Assembly (NCBI GenBank): GCA_050944615.1
Contig: JBMNRL010000016.1
Span: 4,262 to 68,261 of the forward strand
DNA length: 64,000 bases
Reading direction: 5' to 3'
From: Blautia sp.
Lineage (GTDB): Bacteria; Bacillota; Clostridia; Lachnospirales; Lachnospiraceae
The notes beneath the pieces were generated by a model. It was given only the letters and a program-made list of their open reading frames with translations. It searched no databases and was not told where the DNA came from. Position 1 is the stretch's first letter. Each line of letters opens with the position of its first letter. Below, one piece after another: positions 19,293 through 30,724 of this stretch. A program made the translations under genes and the position numbers.

Positions 19293-20144
19293 CTAAGCTT
19301 TCAGATATGCCTGGAGCTCGTCAAAACGATCCTTCATCAAGTCATATCCATGCTGGTAGAACTCCTGCAGCACCTTAGGATCTGTCTCCGTTCTGGAAAC
19401 CTCCGGCAGAGAAGGCCGTATGACAAATATCTTGCCCTCCCTCTCCCATTTCTCCACATAGCTCAAGGTCTTATTATAGACATAGGCCCGCCTGCATATG
19501 GTCCGGAAAAATTCCGGATATCCTTTAAATGCCGCATGGTAAACCGCCCGGCTCTTTCTGGGCGGCTTTTTCCGATAGCCGTAATTCCTGGTAAGCACGA
19601 CGACGTTTTTCTTATGTCCCGTCTTCATGGACCGGAGAATGGGAATAGAATCCGCGATCCCACCATCCAGATACGGAGTCCCGTCGATCATCACCATCGG
19701 CGTGGCGATGGGAATGCTGCTGGAAGCCCGGCAGATTTTCATAAAACGCTCTTTGGAGGAACGTTCATTGAGATATTCCGCCTGTCCCGTGAGACAGTTT
19801 GTCACCACCAGCTCACAGTGAATGGGCGAATGAAAATACGTCTCATAGTCAAATGGAATGGTCTCATTGGGATATTTATCAAAAATCATATCCATGTCAA
19901 AGAGGCTCCGGTTCTTCACCACTTTCCGAAAGCTGAAATAGCTGTCCTCTTTGGTTTCCGGGATCATGCATTTCCTGGTCCTGTCCGGCTGCCTGGACAC
20001 ATAGTCCACCGCATTGCAGGCGCCAGCAGAGACACCGATGACATAAGGCAGATAACACTCCTGCTCCATCAAATAATCCAGCACACCTGATGTAAAGATG
20101 CCCCGCACGGCACCTCCTTCTAATACGAGTCCGGCATTTTGCAT
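19293..20144 (-). CDS. Patatin-like phospholipase family protein
   Basis: GGAVRG, GVSAG and DGG motifs. Confidence 0.9.
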   Translation of the reverse strand: MQNAGLVLEGGAVRGIFTSGVLDYLMEQECYLPYVIGVSAGACNAVDYVSRQPDRTRKCMIPETKEDSYFSFRKVVKNRSLFDMDMIFDKYPNETIPFDYETYFHSPIHCELVVTNCLTGQAEYLNERSSKERFMKICRASSSIPIATPMVMIDGTPYLDGGIADSIPILRSMKTGHKKNVVVLTRNYGYRKKPPRKSRAVYHAAFKGYPEFFRTICRRAYVYNKTLSYVEKWEREGKIFVIRPSLPEVSRTETDPKVLQEFYQHGYDLMKDRFDELQAYLKA

Positions 20145-20168
20145 AGAATCCTTCTTCTCCTTCTTCTC

Positions 20169-21530
20169 CTAACGCTCATGAAGAGGCACATAGGCTCTCT
20201 CAGGGAGCACATTTTTATAGGCAGGACGGATGATCTTATCCGTGTTGATCAATTCTTCCATCCGGTGGGCGCTCCATCCGACAATACGCGCAATCGCGAA
20301 CATCGGTGTATAGAGCTCCAGCGGAAGATCCAGCATACTGTATACAAAACCGCTGTAAAAGTCCACATTGGCACTGACACCTTTATAAATGCGGCGCTCC
20401 TTGCCGATCACGACGGGAGCCAGACGTTCCACCATGGAATACAGCTGATAATCCTTCTCCCGGCCCTTGGCCGTGGCCAGCTTCTCCACAAATTCCTTGA
20501 ATACTTCCGCCCTTGGATCGGATACGGAATAGATTGCATGGCCCATGCCGTAAATCAAGCCCTTCTTGTCAAAAGCTTCTTTATGGAGAAGCTTCGCCAG
20601 ATATGCGCTGATTTCTTCCTCATCCCCATAATCCTTGATCTCTTTTTTCATTTCATTGATCATTTTCACGACCTTGATATTGGCACCGCCGTGTTTCGGG
20701 CCTTTCAAGGAACCAAGAGCCGCCGCAATGGTGGAATACGTATCGGTTCCGGAAGAAGATACCACATGCGTGGTGAAACTGGAGTTATTACCACCACCAT
20801 GCTCCATATGCAGGATCAAAGCCAAATCCAAAATCTGCGCTTCCAAAGGCGTATATTTGCTGTCCGGACGAAGCATCAGCAAAATGTTTTCAGCCGTGGA
20901 AAGCTTCTTCTCCGGATGATGGATGTATAAGCTTTTTCCTTTGACATAGTGATTGTAAGCCTGATATCCATAGACGGAAAGCAGCGGAAAGACGCTGATC
21001 AGATTGAGGCACTGCCGCAGCACATTGGATAAGGAGGTATCATCCGGGTTTGTATCGTAACAATACAAAGTCAACACACTCCTGGATAATGCATTCATGA
21101 TATCCTTGCTGGGCGCCTTCATGATCACGTCCCGGACGAAATTCCGGGGAAGAGAACGCTGATTGGCCAGTATCTTATTAAAATCATGGAGCTGCTGCTC
21201 TGTAGGCAGAGAGCCAAAAAGAAGCAGGTACGCTGTCTCCTCAAAACCGAAGCGGTTGTCCTTCACAAAGCCATCGGTCAGATCCCGGATATTGATTCCT
21301 CGGTAATACAGGTTGCCGGCACAAGGCACTTCCTTGCCGTCCACGATCTTCGTCGCCTGTACATTGGAAATCTTCGTAAGCCCTGCCAGAACACCCTTGC
21401 CGTTGATATCCCTAAGCCCTCTTTTGACATCATATTTACCATACAGTTCCAGATCAATCTGGCCCTGCTGATGACAGATATTCGTTAATCTTTCTACCTC
21501 TGGTGTAACTTTCAAATTAAATCCTGACAT
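20169..21530 (-). CDS. gltA: Citrate synthase (citrate/2-methylcitrate synthase family)
   Basis: HMEHGGGNNS, HGGAN, GMGHAIY and NVDFYSG motifs. Confidence 0.9.
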   Translation of the reverse strand: MSGFNLKVTPEVERLTNICHQQGQIDLELYGKYDVKRGLRDINGKGVLAGLTKISNVQATKIVDGKEVPCAGNLYYRGINIRDLTDGFVKDNRFGFEETAYLLLFGSLPTEQQLHDFNKILANQRSLPRNFVRDVIMKAPSKDIMNALSRSVLTLYCYDTNPDDTSLSNVLRQCLNLISVFPLLSVYGYQAYNHYVKGKSLYIHHPEKKLSTAENILLMLRPDSKYTPLEAQILDLALILHMEHGGGNNSSFTTHVVSSSGTDTYSTIAAALGSLKGPKHGGANIKVVKMINEMKKEIKDYGDEEEISAYLAKLLHKEAFDKKGLIYGMGHAIYSVSDPRAEVFKEFVEKLATAKGREKDYQLYSMVERLAPVVIGKERRIYKGVSANVDFYSGFVYSMLDLPLELYTPMFAIARIVGWSAHRMEELINTDKIIRPAYKNVLPERAYVPLHER

Positions 21531-21708
21531 ATGTTATCTCCTTTCTTAGCACTTTTCCGATACGCTGTTCCTCCTCATGTATCACTGTTAAAATTTTCAA
21601 GAATATTTTGTAATTATAACATCAAATAAAGGCCAGGTCTAGGATTTAATTTCCAAGGCCTGGCCATATTGCTTCATTTTGTGACTGTTTTAGACGCTGT
21701 CAAACCGA

Positions 21709-23124
21709 TCAGTCTTCTTTTCCGCTCCAGCAGTAGGTACAAAGCTTGCAAGGCGAAATACCCACAGACTTCACCATGTCATCCAGACGGTGGAAACGCA
21801 GAGAAGTAAAATTCAATTCCTTCCGCATATCCTCCAGCATTTCCTTGTAGCACAGGGAATCCGGATCTGCATACTCCTGAAGCCTTTCCTGGGTCACATC
21901 CCCTTCTCTTTTCTGGATGATCCTTCTGGTGATCAGATCCATCTCAGATTTGGAGCGGGAAAAATTCAGATATTTGCATCCGAACAAAAGCGGCGGGCAG
22001 GCCGGACGGATATGCACTTCTTTCGCACCGCTGTGATACAGAAATTCCGTGGTCTCCCGAAGCTGCGTTCCGCGGACGATGGAATCGTCAATGAGCAGCA
22101 GACTCTTGTCCTTAATCAGCTTATGCACCGGGATCAGCTTCATCCTGGCGATCAGGTTTCTCTGGTTCTGGTCTGTTGGCATAAAAGAACGGGGCCAGGT
22201 CGGCGTATATTTGATAAACGGACGGGCAAAGGGAATGCCGGAGCAGTTGGCATAACCGATGGCATGGGCGATGCCGGAGTCTGGAACACCGGCCACGATA
22301 TCCGGCTTCACATTGTCTTCCATATCCCTTCTGGCCAGCATATCACCACATTTATAACGCATATCCTCCACATTCACGCCTTCATAGGTAGATGTGGGAT
22401 AGCCATAATAAACCCACAAAAAGGAACAGATCTTCATCTTATCCCCAGGCTGTATCAGGGTCTCCACACCCTCTGGTGTGATATAGACCACCTCTCCGGG
22501 TCCCAGCTCCCGGTAATCGTCATACCCTAAGTTGATAAAGGCAAAGCTTTCAAAGGAAACACAATAAGCATCTTCTTTGCATCCTAAAATCACTGGCATT
22601 CTTCCCAGCAAATCCCTGGCCGCATACAGCCCCTTTGGCGTCATCACCAGGATGTTCATGGAACCTTCGATCATCTCCTGTGCATAGCGGATCCCTTCCA
22701 CCAGGCTGGACTTCTGATTGATTAAGGACGCCACCATCTCCGTAGGGTTCACATTTCCGCCACTCATTTCCAGAAAATGAGTACAGCCATTTTTATATGC
22801 CCGGTCAATGAGCTGGTCCATATTATTAATTTTCCCCACCGTAGTGATGGCAAAGCTGCCCAGATGGGACTGTACCATCAACGGCTGCGGCTCATTGTCA
22901 GAAATACAGCCGATTCCCAGATTGCCCTTCAATTCCGTGACATCCCGCTCAAACTTCGTGCGGAAAGGAGAATTCTCAATGTTATGAATGGCCCTGTCAA
23001 ATCCTTTTGGTCCATAGACAGCCATACCGCCTCTGCGGGTGCCTAAATGAGAATGATAGTCAGTTCCGAAAAACAAATCCAACACGCAGTCGGATTTAGA
23101 TGCAACACCAAAAATTCCACCCAT
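21709..23124 (-). CDS. purF: Amidophosphoribosyltransferase-like protein lacking the N-terminal catalytic Cys
   Basis: MGGIFG start, PRPP loop IDDSIVRGT, VPDSG, Fe-S Cys pattern (CPP, CKLCTYCW). Confidence 0.88.
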   Translation of the reverse strand: MGGIFGVASKSDCVLDLFFGTDYHSHLGTRRGGMAVYGPKGFDRAIHNIENSPFRTKFERDVTELKGNLGIGCISDNEPQPLMVQSHLGSFAITTVGKINNMDQLIDRAYKNGCTHFLEMSGGNVNPTEMVASLINQKSSLVEGIRYAQEMIEGSMNILVMTPKGLYAARDLLGRMPVILGCKEDAYCVSFESFAFINLGYDDYRELGPGEVVYITPEGVETLIQPGDKMKICSFLWVYYGYPTSTYEGVNVEDMRYKCGDMLARRDMEDNVKPDIVAGVPDSGIAHAIGYANCSGIPFARPFIKYTPTWPRSFMPTDQNQRNLIARMKLIPVHKLIKDKSLLLIDDSIVRGTQLRETTEFLYHSGAKEVHIRPACPPLLFGCKYLNFSRSKSEMDLITRRIIQKREGDVTQERLQEYADPDSLCYKEMLEDMRKELNFTSLRFHRLDDMVKSVGISPCKLCTYCWSGKED

Positions 23125-23261
23125 TTTTTACTCTCCTTTGATCATCTATCTGTTGTTCAATTTATTTTTTCAAATACAATAGTACTTCTTTTTGCCCCAT
23201 TATTATATAAAAGGGCCATCCAGAAGTAAAGTATTTTGTCCAAAACAATTTCTTCCCGCCT

Positions 23262-23693
23262 TTATCCCTGGGACCGCAAAAGCCCCAGCAGTGAACGGCT
23301 CTGGTAAATCATCGGCTCCTGTTCCGGAAAAAACGCCGCCATCCGGTAAATATAATAGAGAATGGCCAGCACGCCCACTGCCGCAGCCAGATACCTCATC
23401 CAGGAAATGTCCCGATCCATTCCATACCGAAGGAAAGCTGCCATCACCGCCATGACCAGGACTGCATAGAAAAACGGATGCATCCAGAAAGCTTGGACAA
23501 ATTCTCCCTTAAGAAAGAGTACGGCCGCCCGCGTAATTCCGCAGGCAGGGCAGGGAAATCCGGTGAGCAGTGCCACCGGACAGACGCTTAAACCAAAGAC
23601 AACGTTCATCAGAACGAGATAAGCCCCGATCACTCCAAAGGGAGGCCCGTATTTTTTCAGATCCCCGGGAATGTGGGATAGCCCACCTTTCAT
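23262..23693 (-). CDS. DUF2752 membrane protein
   Basis: CPVALLTGFPCPACGITRA motif; start overlaps the aminotransferase stop (ATGA). Confidence 0.85.
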   Translation of the reverse strand: MKGGLSHIPGDLKKYGPPFGVIGAYLVLMNVVFGLSVCPVALLTGFPCPACGITRAAVLFLKGEFVQAFWMHPFFYAVLVMAVMAAFLRYGMDRDISWMRYLAAAVGVLAILYYIYRMAAFFPEQEPMIYQSRSLLGLLRSQG

Positions 23694-24907
23694 TGCTGCC
23701 TGTAGCCAGCCAGAAAATCCCGCAGCTTATCCATAGCGCCCTCCAATTGATTGAGGTTCGGCAGATATACCACACGGAAATGATCCGGCTCCTTCCAGTT
23801 AAAGCCTTTGCCGTGTACCACCAGTACCCGTTTCTCCCGCAGGAAATCCAAGGCAAACTGCTCATCGTCCACAATATTAAATTTCTTCACATCCAATTTC
23901 GGGAATATATAAAAAGCAGCCTTAGGCTTCACCGCAGTGACCCCTGGAATATCGTTGAGAGCTTGATATACATAGTCACGCTGTTCATAGATTCTTCCGC
24001 CTGGACGGATATATTCGCCCACACTCTGATATCCCCCAAGAGCCGTCTGAATAATGGCCTGGGCCGGCACGTTAGAACACAGACGCATGGAAGACAGCAT
24101 ATTGATGCCTTCGATATATCCCTTCGCCTTGGATTTGTCGCCGCTTAATACCATCCATCCCACGCGGAAGCCAGCGATCATATGGGATTTTGACAAACCG
24201 CTAAAGGTCACACAGAACAGATCCGGCGCAAGAGAAGCAATCGAAACATGCTCCAAACCATCCATCACCAGCCGGTCATAAATCTCATCGGAGAAAATGA
24301 TCAGCTCATGTTCTCTGGCCACCTGCACGATCTGTTCCAGCACTTCCTTGGGATACAACGCACCTGTGGGATTATTGGGGTTAATGATAACGATGGCTTT
24401 GGTCCGATCGTTAATCTTTCTACGAATATCGTCGATATCCGGATACCATTCAGACTGTTCATCGCAGATATAATGCACCGCCTTGCCTCCCGCCAGGTTA
24501 GCCGTGGCCGTCCAAAGCGGATAATCCGGCGCCGGTATCAATATTTCATCTCCATCATTGAGCAGCGCCTGCATACACAGATTGATCAGCTCACTGACTC
24601 CGTTTCCCGTGTAAATGTCACTCATTCCCACATTGGGGATATGTTTCAGCTGGCAGTACTGCATGATCGCCTTCCGGGCCGGGAAAATCCCACGGGAATC
24701 GGAATATCCCTGGGAAGTCCGCACAGAGCTCATCATATCCAAGATCACCTCTTCCGGCGCGGAAAAACCAAAGGGATACGGATTGCCAATATTGAGCTTA
24801 AGCACCTCTTTCCCGTCTTCCTCCATGCGCGCTGCCTCATCTACCACAGGGCCTCTCACATCATAAAGCACATCATCCAACTTCATTGATTTCTCAAATG
24901 TCCGCAA
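23690..24907 (-). CDS. alaA: Class I/II PLP aminotransferase (AlaA/AlaT-like)
   Basis: LNIGNP, INPNNPTGA, DEIYD, GLSKSHMIAGFRVGW; TTG start after GGAGG. Confidence 0.88.
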   Translation of the reverse strand: MRTFEKSMKLDDVLYDVRGPVVDEAARMEEDGKEVLKLNIGNPYPFGFSAPEEVILDMMSSVRTSQGYSDSRGIFPARKAIMQYCQLKHIPNVGMSDIYTGNGVSELINLCMQALLNDGDEILIPAPDYPLWTATANLAGGKAVHYICDEQSEWYPDIDDIRRKINDRTKAIVIINPNNPTGALYPKEVLEQIVQVAREHELIIFSDEIYDRLVMDGLEHVSIASLAPDLFCVTFSGLSKSHMIAGFRVGWMVLSGDKSKAKGYIEGINMLSSMRLCSNVPAQAIIQTALGGYQSVGEYIRPGGRIYEQRDYVYQALNDIPGVTAVKPKAAFYIFPKLDVKKFNIVDDEQFALDFLREKRVLVVHGKGFNWKEPDHFRVVYLPNLNQLEGAMDKLRDFLAGYRQQ

Positions 24908-24944
24908 TTTACATTCCTCCTGTCAAACACTCTCGCTGTTACTT

Positions 24945-26252
24945 TCAATCTAAGTTTCTGTTTTTCACAAATAAAATAAAAATCACGCCGCTGACAGCCA
25001 TCAGGATGGGGTAGAAACAATATGGCATGATCTGGTACGGCGTCAGGCCGCTCAAGGAGGCCGCAGACAGAAGCTGGGCTCCATAAGGGATCAGGCCCTG
25101 CCCCACAGAAGTAAACATATCCAACAAGGATGCAGATCTTCTGGGGCTGATATCGAACTCCTCACTGATCTCTTTGGCGATGGGGCCTGCCATAACGATA
25201 GCCACCGTATTGTTTGCGGTACACATATCCACCAGCAGAGAAAGGATCGCAATCCCCAGTTCGCCGCCTTTTTTCCCTTTGATACGTTTCTTAATAAATT
25301 CCAGGACAAACTGAATGCCGCCCATTTCCTTGACCAGGGAAACGATGCATGCCACCACGATGGAAATCACCGTGATATCATACATTCCCATAACGCCGCC
25401 GGAGCCGTCTGCGCCTTTTGCCACCACCTGGAAAATCTGTCCCGGCAGAATGGTCCCCATGGCCACGCCTACAATCAAAGACAGAACCGTGCCTGCGATA
25501 AGTACCAAAAATACATTAAATCCGATCAGAGCACCGATGAGCACCACCAGATACGGCAGCACCTTCCAAATGCTGTAGTTCAAACTCTCATCCAACACAA
25601 AATTGCTATTCCTAGTGATCACCAGGAAAATCACGATGGTGATCAACGCTGCCGGAAGAACGATGAAAAAGTTTTCTTTAAATTTGTCCCTCATCTCACA
25701 TCCCTGGGTCTTCACGGCCGCAATCGTCGTGTCAGAAATCATGGACAGATTGTCTCCGAACATGGCACCGCACATTACCGCACCGATGCAGATTGCCATG
25801 GAAAATCCGGTTTTCTTACTGATCTCCACCGCTATGGGCGCCAATGCAGCAATCGTCCCCATAGAAGTTCCCATTGAAATAGAAATAAAACAGCCGATAA
25901 TGAACAAGCCAACCACTGCCACGGAAGACGGCAGGATAGACAGCCCTAAAGCTACGGTACTTTCCGCGCCTCCCGCTGCTGTCACAGCCCCGGAAAAGCC
26001 GCCGGCCACCAAAAAGATCAGACACATAGTGATGATGTTGTCATCTCCCACACCCAGGGAAATGATATGTAATTTCTCATTAAAATCATGTTCCCGGTCC
26101 TGAAGAAACGCCACCAGAAGTGCAATCAGAAATGCTACAATTGCCGGCATACTGTAAAAATCCCCAGTGATGAAACCAGCCCCCAAAAAGATCACCAGAA
26201 ATACGATGATGGGCAGCAGCGCGCCCGCCCTTGCTTTTGTTTTACTCTCCAT
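24945..26252 (-). CDS. NhaC-family Na+/H+ antiporter / amino-acid transporter
   Basis: GTSMGT, GAMFGDNLSMISDTTIAA and PYGAQLL motifs; probable start ATG 26252 (RBS GGGAGG). Confidence 0.85.
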   Translation of the reverse strand: MESKTKARAGALLPIIVFLVIFLGAGFITGDFYSMPAIVAFLIALLVAFLQDREHDFNEKLHIISLGVGDDNIITMCLIFLVAGGFSGAVTAAGGAESTVALGLSILPSSVAVVGLFIIGCFISISMGTSMGTIAALAPIAVEISKKTGFSMAICIGAVMCGAMFGDNLSMISDTTIAAVKTQGCEMRDKFKENFFIVLPAALITIVIFLVITRNSNFVLDESLNYSIWKVLPYLVVLIGALIGFNVFLVLIAGTVLSLIVGVAMGTILPGQIFQVVAKGADGSGGVMGMYDITVISIVVACIVSLVKEMGGIQFVLEFIKKRIKGKKGGELGIAILSLLVDMCTANNTVAIVMAGPIAKEISEEFDISPRRSASLLDMFTSVGQGLIPYGAQLLSAASLSGLTPYQIMPYCFYPILMAVSGVIFILFVKNRNLD

Positions 26253-26499
26253 AATTTCCTCCCTGTGGGGCAAAGCTACCGCTTTCCCCAGTTATTCTAC
26301 TCTATATAATCTCATACCCTCCTTTTCTTCGCAAGTACCATCCTCCTTTTCTTGCACAGAAATTTTTATCCGTTCTTTTTATCCCGGATTCCACTGTATA
26401 ATTTGTCTGAAACCAAGTCCCATTTTCCCCTAAAATCTTTAATATTACACAAACTTGTCAATTACGTTATATTTTTTGTTTTTCTATGTATCACTTTAG

Positions 26500-27885
<1,386 letters not shown>

Positions 27886-27902
27886 TTCCAGCTTCCAAAC
27901 GC

Positions 27903-27938
27903 AAAAAGGGAAGGACGTTTCATGGTCCTTCCCTTTTT
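27903..27938 (+). terminator. gdhA terminator
   Basis: AAAAAGGGAAGGAC/GTCCTTCCCTTTTT inverted repeat. Confidence 0.85.
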
Positions 27939-28075
27939 TATTGTATAGGAAAGTTCTTCGAATTTCCTATACAATAAAAAACACTCCGTGCAGGATCGCA
28001 CTGCGGCGGAATGGAAGAATGCCGCTTATGCGACCCGCCGCAGGCGGAGAATCCTGCGAGCAGGATTCTTTCTTG
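27934..28075 (+). repeat. Full copy of the terminator-associated palindromic repeat
   Basis: Reverse complement is near-identical (two differences by eye) to 49726-49868. Confidence 0.9.
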
Positions 28076-28104
28076 TGTGGCAATAGCTGCCCCGATCGCT
28101 GCTC

Positions 28105-28818
28105 TCAAAAAGAATCCTGATGATACTCCTCCAGCGCTTGCCGCACCCATTCCTTCCGGTCCCTGCTCAGCGGTATGCTTCTGCCGTCTTTCAAAATGAC
28201 CGCTTCCTTTTCAATAGACCGGCAATACCGCAGGTTCACCAAAAAACTCATGTGCACACGGACAAAGCCGCATTTTTCTAAAAGCATCTCGTACTTTTTC
28301 AGCGTCCCCCGAAACTGACAGCATCGGTCTTTCGTACAGCAGGCTGTAATCTGGTGTCCCCAAGATTCCAGATAACAAACCTCCCTGGTATCCAGGAAAT
28401 GAACTCCCTGTTTGGTGGTAATCCGCAAATCCACAAAACCTTTCCGGTTCTCCCGCAGATACTCTGTAATCACCGATTCCAGTGTATCCCTTCCTGCCGG
28501 CAGCAAAACCACCTGGAAGGGATAATAGTTCAGACACCGTTCCACTTCCTCCCTTCCCCTGGCAAACAGAACCATGGAACGATTCCTCCCTTTTTGGAAC
28601 ATCCATCCAGCCACTCCCCTGCCAGCTTCGGCCTCTGGCTCTACCGCGGCAAACAATAGATCCGCCGGACGTTCCCAAAGTCTGCGGATGCATTCTTCTT
28701 CCTCCTGAAAAACCTCCACAGAAATTTTAATCTCTTTTTTCTCCTTTTGCAGCAAAACGAAATCCTGCAGCAGTGTTTCCTCAGAATTCCTCCCTTGATA
28801 ATAAACGATATCCAACAT
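28105..28818 (-). CDS. LytTR-family DNA-binding regulator with degenerate receiver domain
   Basis: C-terminal YLESWGH, FVRVHMSFLVNL and IPLSR motifs; receiver lacks the conserved Asp and Lys residues. Confidence 0.85.
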   Translation of the reverse strand: MLDIVYYQGRNSEETLLQDFVLLQKEKKEIKISVEVFQEEEECIRRLWERPADLLFAAVEPEAEAGRGVAGWMFQKGRNRSMVLFARGREEVERCLNYYPFQVVLLPAGRDTLESVITEYLRENRKGFVDLRITTKQGVHFLDTREVCYLESWGHQITACCTKDRCCQFRGTLKKYEMLLEKCGFVRVHMSFLVNLRYCRSIEKEAVILKDGRSIPLSRDRKEWVRQALEEYHQDSF

Positions 28819-29050
28819 GCTTCTCCCCTTTTCTTTCCCTTATTTTCCCCTTCACCAGCTAACTTAAAAAACCGCCTCCTTTAACTTTTATTTAATACAA
28901 TAGTTACTATATTTAATAGAATTATAATGTTTTTATCAGCATATTGCAATAAATTGTCATATTTTGTTTGGGAACAAACATAGTTTCCAGCTATAAAGCA
29001 AAAAACAACCAAAAAGAAGATACCCGCCTCAAGCAGATATCCCCTATCCT

Positions 29051-29503
29051 TCAATCCTTCAAAAATTTCTTCAATTCGTCCATGAATGTGTTCACATCCT
29101 TGAACTCCCGGTAAACAGATGCAAAGCGCACATAAGCCACCGCATCCAAATCCTTTAGTTCTTCCATCACCAATTCCCCAATGACGGTGCTGGGAATCTC
29201 ACGTTCCTCCATGTTGAACAGCTTCGTTTCAATCTTATCCACCACAGTCTCAATCTCAGCCACAGAAATCGGACGCTTGTAACAGGCTCTGACGATGCCA
29301 GCCTCCAGCTTGGCCCGGTCATACTGCTCTCTGCTTTGGTCCTTCTTCATCACAGTCAACGGTATCGTCTCCACCTTCTCATAGGTAGTGAACCTTCTGC
29401 CGCAGGCATCACACATGCGTCTCCTGCGTATGGAATTGGTCTCCTCCACCGGCCGTGAATCCACAACCCTGGTGTTTTCCTGACTACAAAAAGGACATTT
29501 CAT
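29051..29503 (-). CDS. nrdR: Transcriptional repressor NrdR
   Basis: MKCPFC, VVDSR, RRRRMCDAC, RFTTYE, ATP cone, AYVRFASVY. Confidence 0.97.
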   Translation of the reverse strand: MKCPFCSQENTRVVDSRPVEETNSIRRRRMCDACGRRFTTYEKVETIPLTVMKKDQSREQYDRAKLEAGIVRACYKRPISVAEIETVVDKIETKLFNMEEREIPSTVIGELVMEELKDLDAVAYVRFASVYREFKDVNTFMDELKKFLKD

Positions 29504-29604
29504 AGTGGTACCCCTCTTCTTTTGATTTCACTTGCTGCCACATCCCTTACCGGCGTTTTATCTCCCAGCGTCCTCCGGGCAATGGCGTTTATCTCATCTG
29601 TTAA

Positions 29605-29633
29605 AGTATACTAAAATCCCGCTTTTCTGTCAA
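29605..29633 (-). promoter_or_regulatory. SigmaA promoter of nrdR
   Basis: TTGACA-N17-TATACT. Confidence 0.7.
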
Positions 29634-29679
29634 CAAAGGCCGCTGCCTGACATATACTGAAAAAAAAGCGTGATTCTCC

Positions 29680-29934
29680 ATGAGACTATGTGACCTGAAA
29701 CAAAAAGAAGTCATCAATACCGCAACCTGCAAAAGTCTGGGCTGCCCCATCGACATCGAATTCGACTGCAAGAAGGGCTGCGTTCTGGCCTTAGTCCTCC
29801 CGGGCCCCGGAAGGATCTGCAGTCTCCTAGGACGGGACAGTGAATATATCATTCCCTGGGACTGCATCTGCCAGATCGGCGAGGACATCATCCTGGTAAA
29901 TATCAAAGAAGACAACTGCCTTCACAAAAATTGA
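29680..29934 (+). CDS. ylmC: YlmC/YmxH family sporulation PRC-barrel protein
   Basis: MRLCDLKQKEVIN...LG...DIEFD...IIPWDCICQIGEDIILV. Confidence 0.9.
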   Translation: MRLCDLKQKEVINTATCKSLGCPIDIEFDCKKGCVLALVLPGPGRICSLLGRDSEYIIPWDCICQIGEDIILVNIKEDNCLHKN

Positions 29935-29945
29935 ACTGCGGTCTG

Positions 29946-30611
29946 TCAAAACCATTCTGCCACCTCCAGCAGGGAGTCCGCACACCCTGCCAAAAGCGTC
30001 TCCACCGGAGAAATATCCCGCAGAAGATCCGGTACCATCACAGGCAGCATCCCCGCCTGGTAAGCAGAACGGATTCCATGATAAGAATCCTCCAATGCCA
30101 TCGCCTGCTGTGGATCAACGCCAAGAGCCTCACAGGCTTTTACATAGATTTCCGGATCCGGCTTCGCCTTTTTGACCATATCCCCGGTAATAATGGTCTG
30201 GAAATAGGACTCAATCCCTTCTCTTGTGATATTTCCCAGGGCATACTCCCGGCTGGAGGATGTCGCCACTGCCATGGAAATCCCCCGCCGCTTCAATGCT
30301 TCCAAAAGCTCATGGAGCCCTTTCTTGGCCGGCAGTCCATGCTCATCCACATAAGCGGCAAACTCCAGACGGTAGCGGCGGCGGAATTCCTCGTAGGGAA
30401 AATCTTCTCCATAGGCTCCCAAAAAATACTGCCGTCTCCTGGCATTATTAAATCCCAGCGTATTCCTCACATTGTCATCTCCCAGTGCTCCATAGCCCAT
30501 CTTCTGGCCTGCCTGGTTCCAGGATATCTGTATGATCCGCTCGCTGTCAAACATCAGGCCATCCATGTCAAACACGACGGCAACGGGCAGTTTCTCAATC
30601 TTTTTCAACAA
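29946..30611 (-). CDS. HAD-superfamily phosphatase (Ia, beta-PGM-like)
   Basis: FDMDGLMFDSE, ATSS, KPDP and EDS motifs. Confidence 0.9.
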   Translation of the reverse strand: MLKKIEKLPVAVVFDMDGLMFDSERIIQISWNQAGQKMGYGALGDDNVRNTLGFNNARRRQYFLGAYGEDFPYEEFRRRYRLEFAAYVDEHGLPAKKGLHELLEALKRRGISMAVATSSSREYALGNITREGIESYFQTIITGDMVKKAKPDPEIYVKACEALGVDPQQAMALEDSYHGIRSAYQAGMLPVMVPDLLRDISPVETLLAGCADSLLEVAEWF

Positions 30612-30724
30612 TATTCTTCTCCTTATCCACTGTCTTTCCAGCCTCTTCTATGGTATAATCATATACGAAATAGACGCCGTGCGCAAGAGATGCACAGACA
30701 GACATCACCGGAAAGGAGAGACGT

